IMG/VR virus record: IMGVR_UViG_3300025368_000003
Coordinates: 1 to 42,665 of that record
Strand: one strand, 5' to 3'
Source: a virus
Taxonomy: Duplodnaviria > Caudoviricetes
DNA: 42,665 bases
Shown: positions 42,050 to 42,665 of the stretch, one piece after another
Layout of the letters: every line of letters starts with the position of its first letter
Position numbering within the stretch: the stretch's first letter is position 1
Made by a program: the position numbers and the translations under genes
Notes under the pieces: generated by a model
Databases searched by the model: none
Seen by the model: the letters and a program-made list of their open reading frames with translations, nothing else
What the model was told of the DNA's origin: nothing

Positions 42050-42665
42050 AGGAAGTATTTACAATCCCCAGGGGATGCGGAATGGGAAGTATCATTGTTT
42101 TGTTAGTCAGAACATTGGCATATCGTATGCTTCATCACCGGCATGGTATATTGCACGTTGATGATAGATTATGTTCCCCCCTGGTTAAGAAGTTCTTTAG
42201 GGAGTTTGTTCAGTTGGAGCAGATGCATGAGGTGCATTTTGTATCTGGCCCTATGGGATATTGGAGTGAGATGTTTAATCAGGACGAGATTAACAACTGG
42301 TGGTATGGGTATGATCGTCATGCTAGGCTGGAGGTTTCTCGCTCCATATTTGCCCGTAGATTCGCTTTTAAGCCATTAGTGCTGGAACTACTCAAGGGAA
42401 GGGAAAAGGCAGAAATTGGGCTTTGTATTCGCCGGGGAGATAAGAAAACGCTTGAGAGTCACTTGCCGCTTCTGGAGCTGAATCAGTATAGGGACTATGT
42501 GAATGAGAGGCAGAAGAAGCGAATCTATATTGCCACTGATGACTTCTCCACGATTGAGGAGCTGAGAGAGTTGGAACCGGATTGGGAGATTAGCTTTGAT
42601 GCTAGGCCGGATGACAAGGGATTCTTCCTTGCTGATTCGTTTAATTGGAGTGATGCGGAGATTAA
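42046..42665 (+). CDS. N-terminal part of origin-spanning FUT8/NodZ-like (GT23-type) fucosyltransferase (262 aa in total)
   Basis: ATG at 42046 overlaps the upstream stop; GCGMGS, IGLCIRRGDK (motif I; FUT8 GVHVRRTDK), RIYIATDD (motif II; FUT8 RVYLATDD). Confidence 0.8.
   Translation, partial: MKEVFTIPRGCGMGSIIVLLVRTLAYRMLHHRHGILHVDDRLCSPLVKKFFREFVQLEQMHEVHFVSGPMGYWSEMFNQDEINNWWYGYDRHARLEVSRSIFARRFAFKPLVLELLKGREKAEIGLCIRRGDKKTLESHLPLLELNQYRDYVNERQKKRIYIATDDFSTIEELRELEPDWEISFDARPDDKGFFLADSFNWSDAEI
42567..42665. repeat. Terminal direct repeat, copy 2
   Basis: Identical to 1-99. Confidence 0.95.

Noticed and set aside
42143-42379. 78-aa ORF from the track
   Set aside because: Out-of-frame shadow of the fucosyltransferase gene starting at 42046.
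42567-42665. 99-bp terminal repeat as a biological DTR
   Set aside because: Length equals a common assembler k-mer and it falls mid-gene; best read as circular overlap.

Overview
The window is a complete, circularly assembled tailed-phage genome of 42,566 bp; bases 1-99 recur exactly at 42567-42665, which is an assembly overlap. The gene set is podovirus-like: portal, probable scaffold (broken by one extra G), large terminase, a distant HTH small-terminase candidate, major capsid protein, adaptor and ejection-type proteins (one of 1903 aa), and Ser/Thr/Gly-rich and LamG tail proteins. There is a lysis cassette (lipoprotein spanin, holin, GH108 endolysin) and a replication/recombination set (ERF, PD-(D/E)XK exonuclease, DnaB, small SSB). 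I recognise no polymerase, primase, integrase, tRNA or CRISPR array. Most gene starts lack a Shine-Dalgarno and have A/C-rich leaders, which suggests a low-SD host such as Verrucomicrobiota or Bacteroidota (inference only). Main observations: (1) three small basic genes nested in the +1 frame of the giant ejection gene, two with perfect SDs; (2) a three-way-junction RNA-like element in two copies with different but pairing outer stems; (3) three glycosyltransferase-like genes, one FUT8/NodZ-like spanning the origin, plus a PurD-like ATP-grasp enzyme inside the head module; (4) a non-coding array of different palindromic and repeat modules; (5) a deleted relic of a dual-frame C5 methyltransferase; (6) a structured non-coding region near a strand-skew switch. 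All protein calls are from motif recognition by eye; no database search was run.
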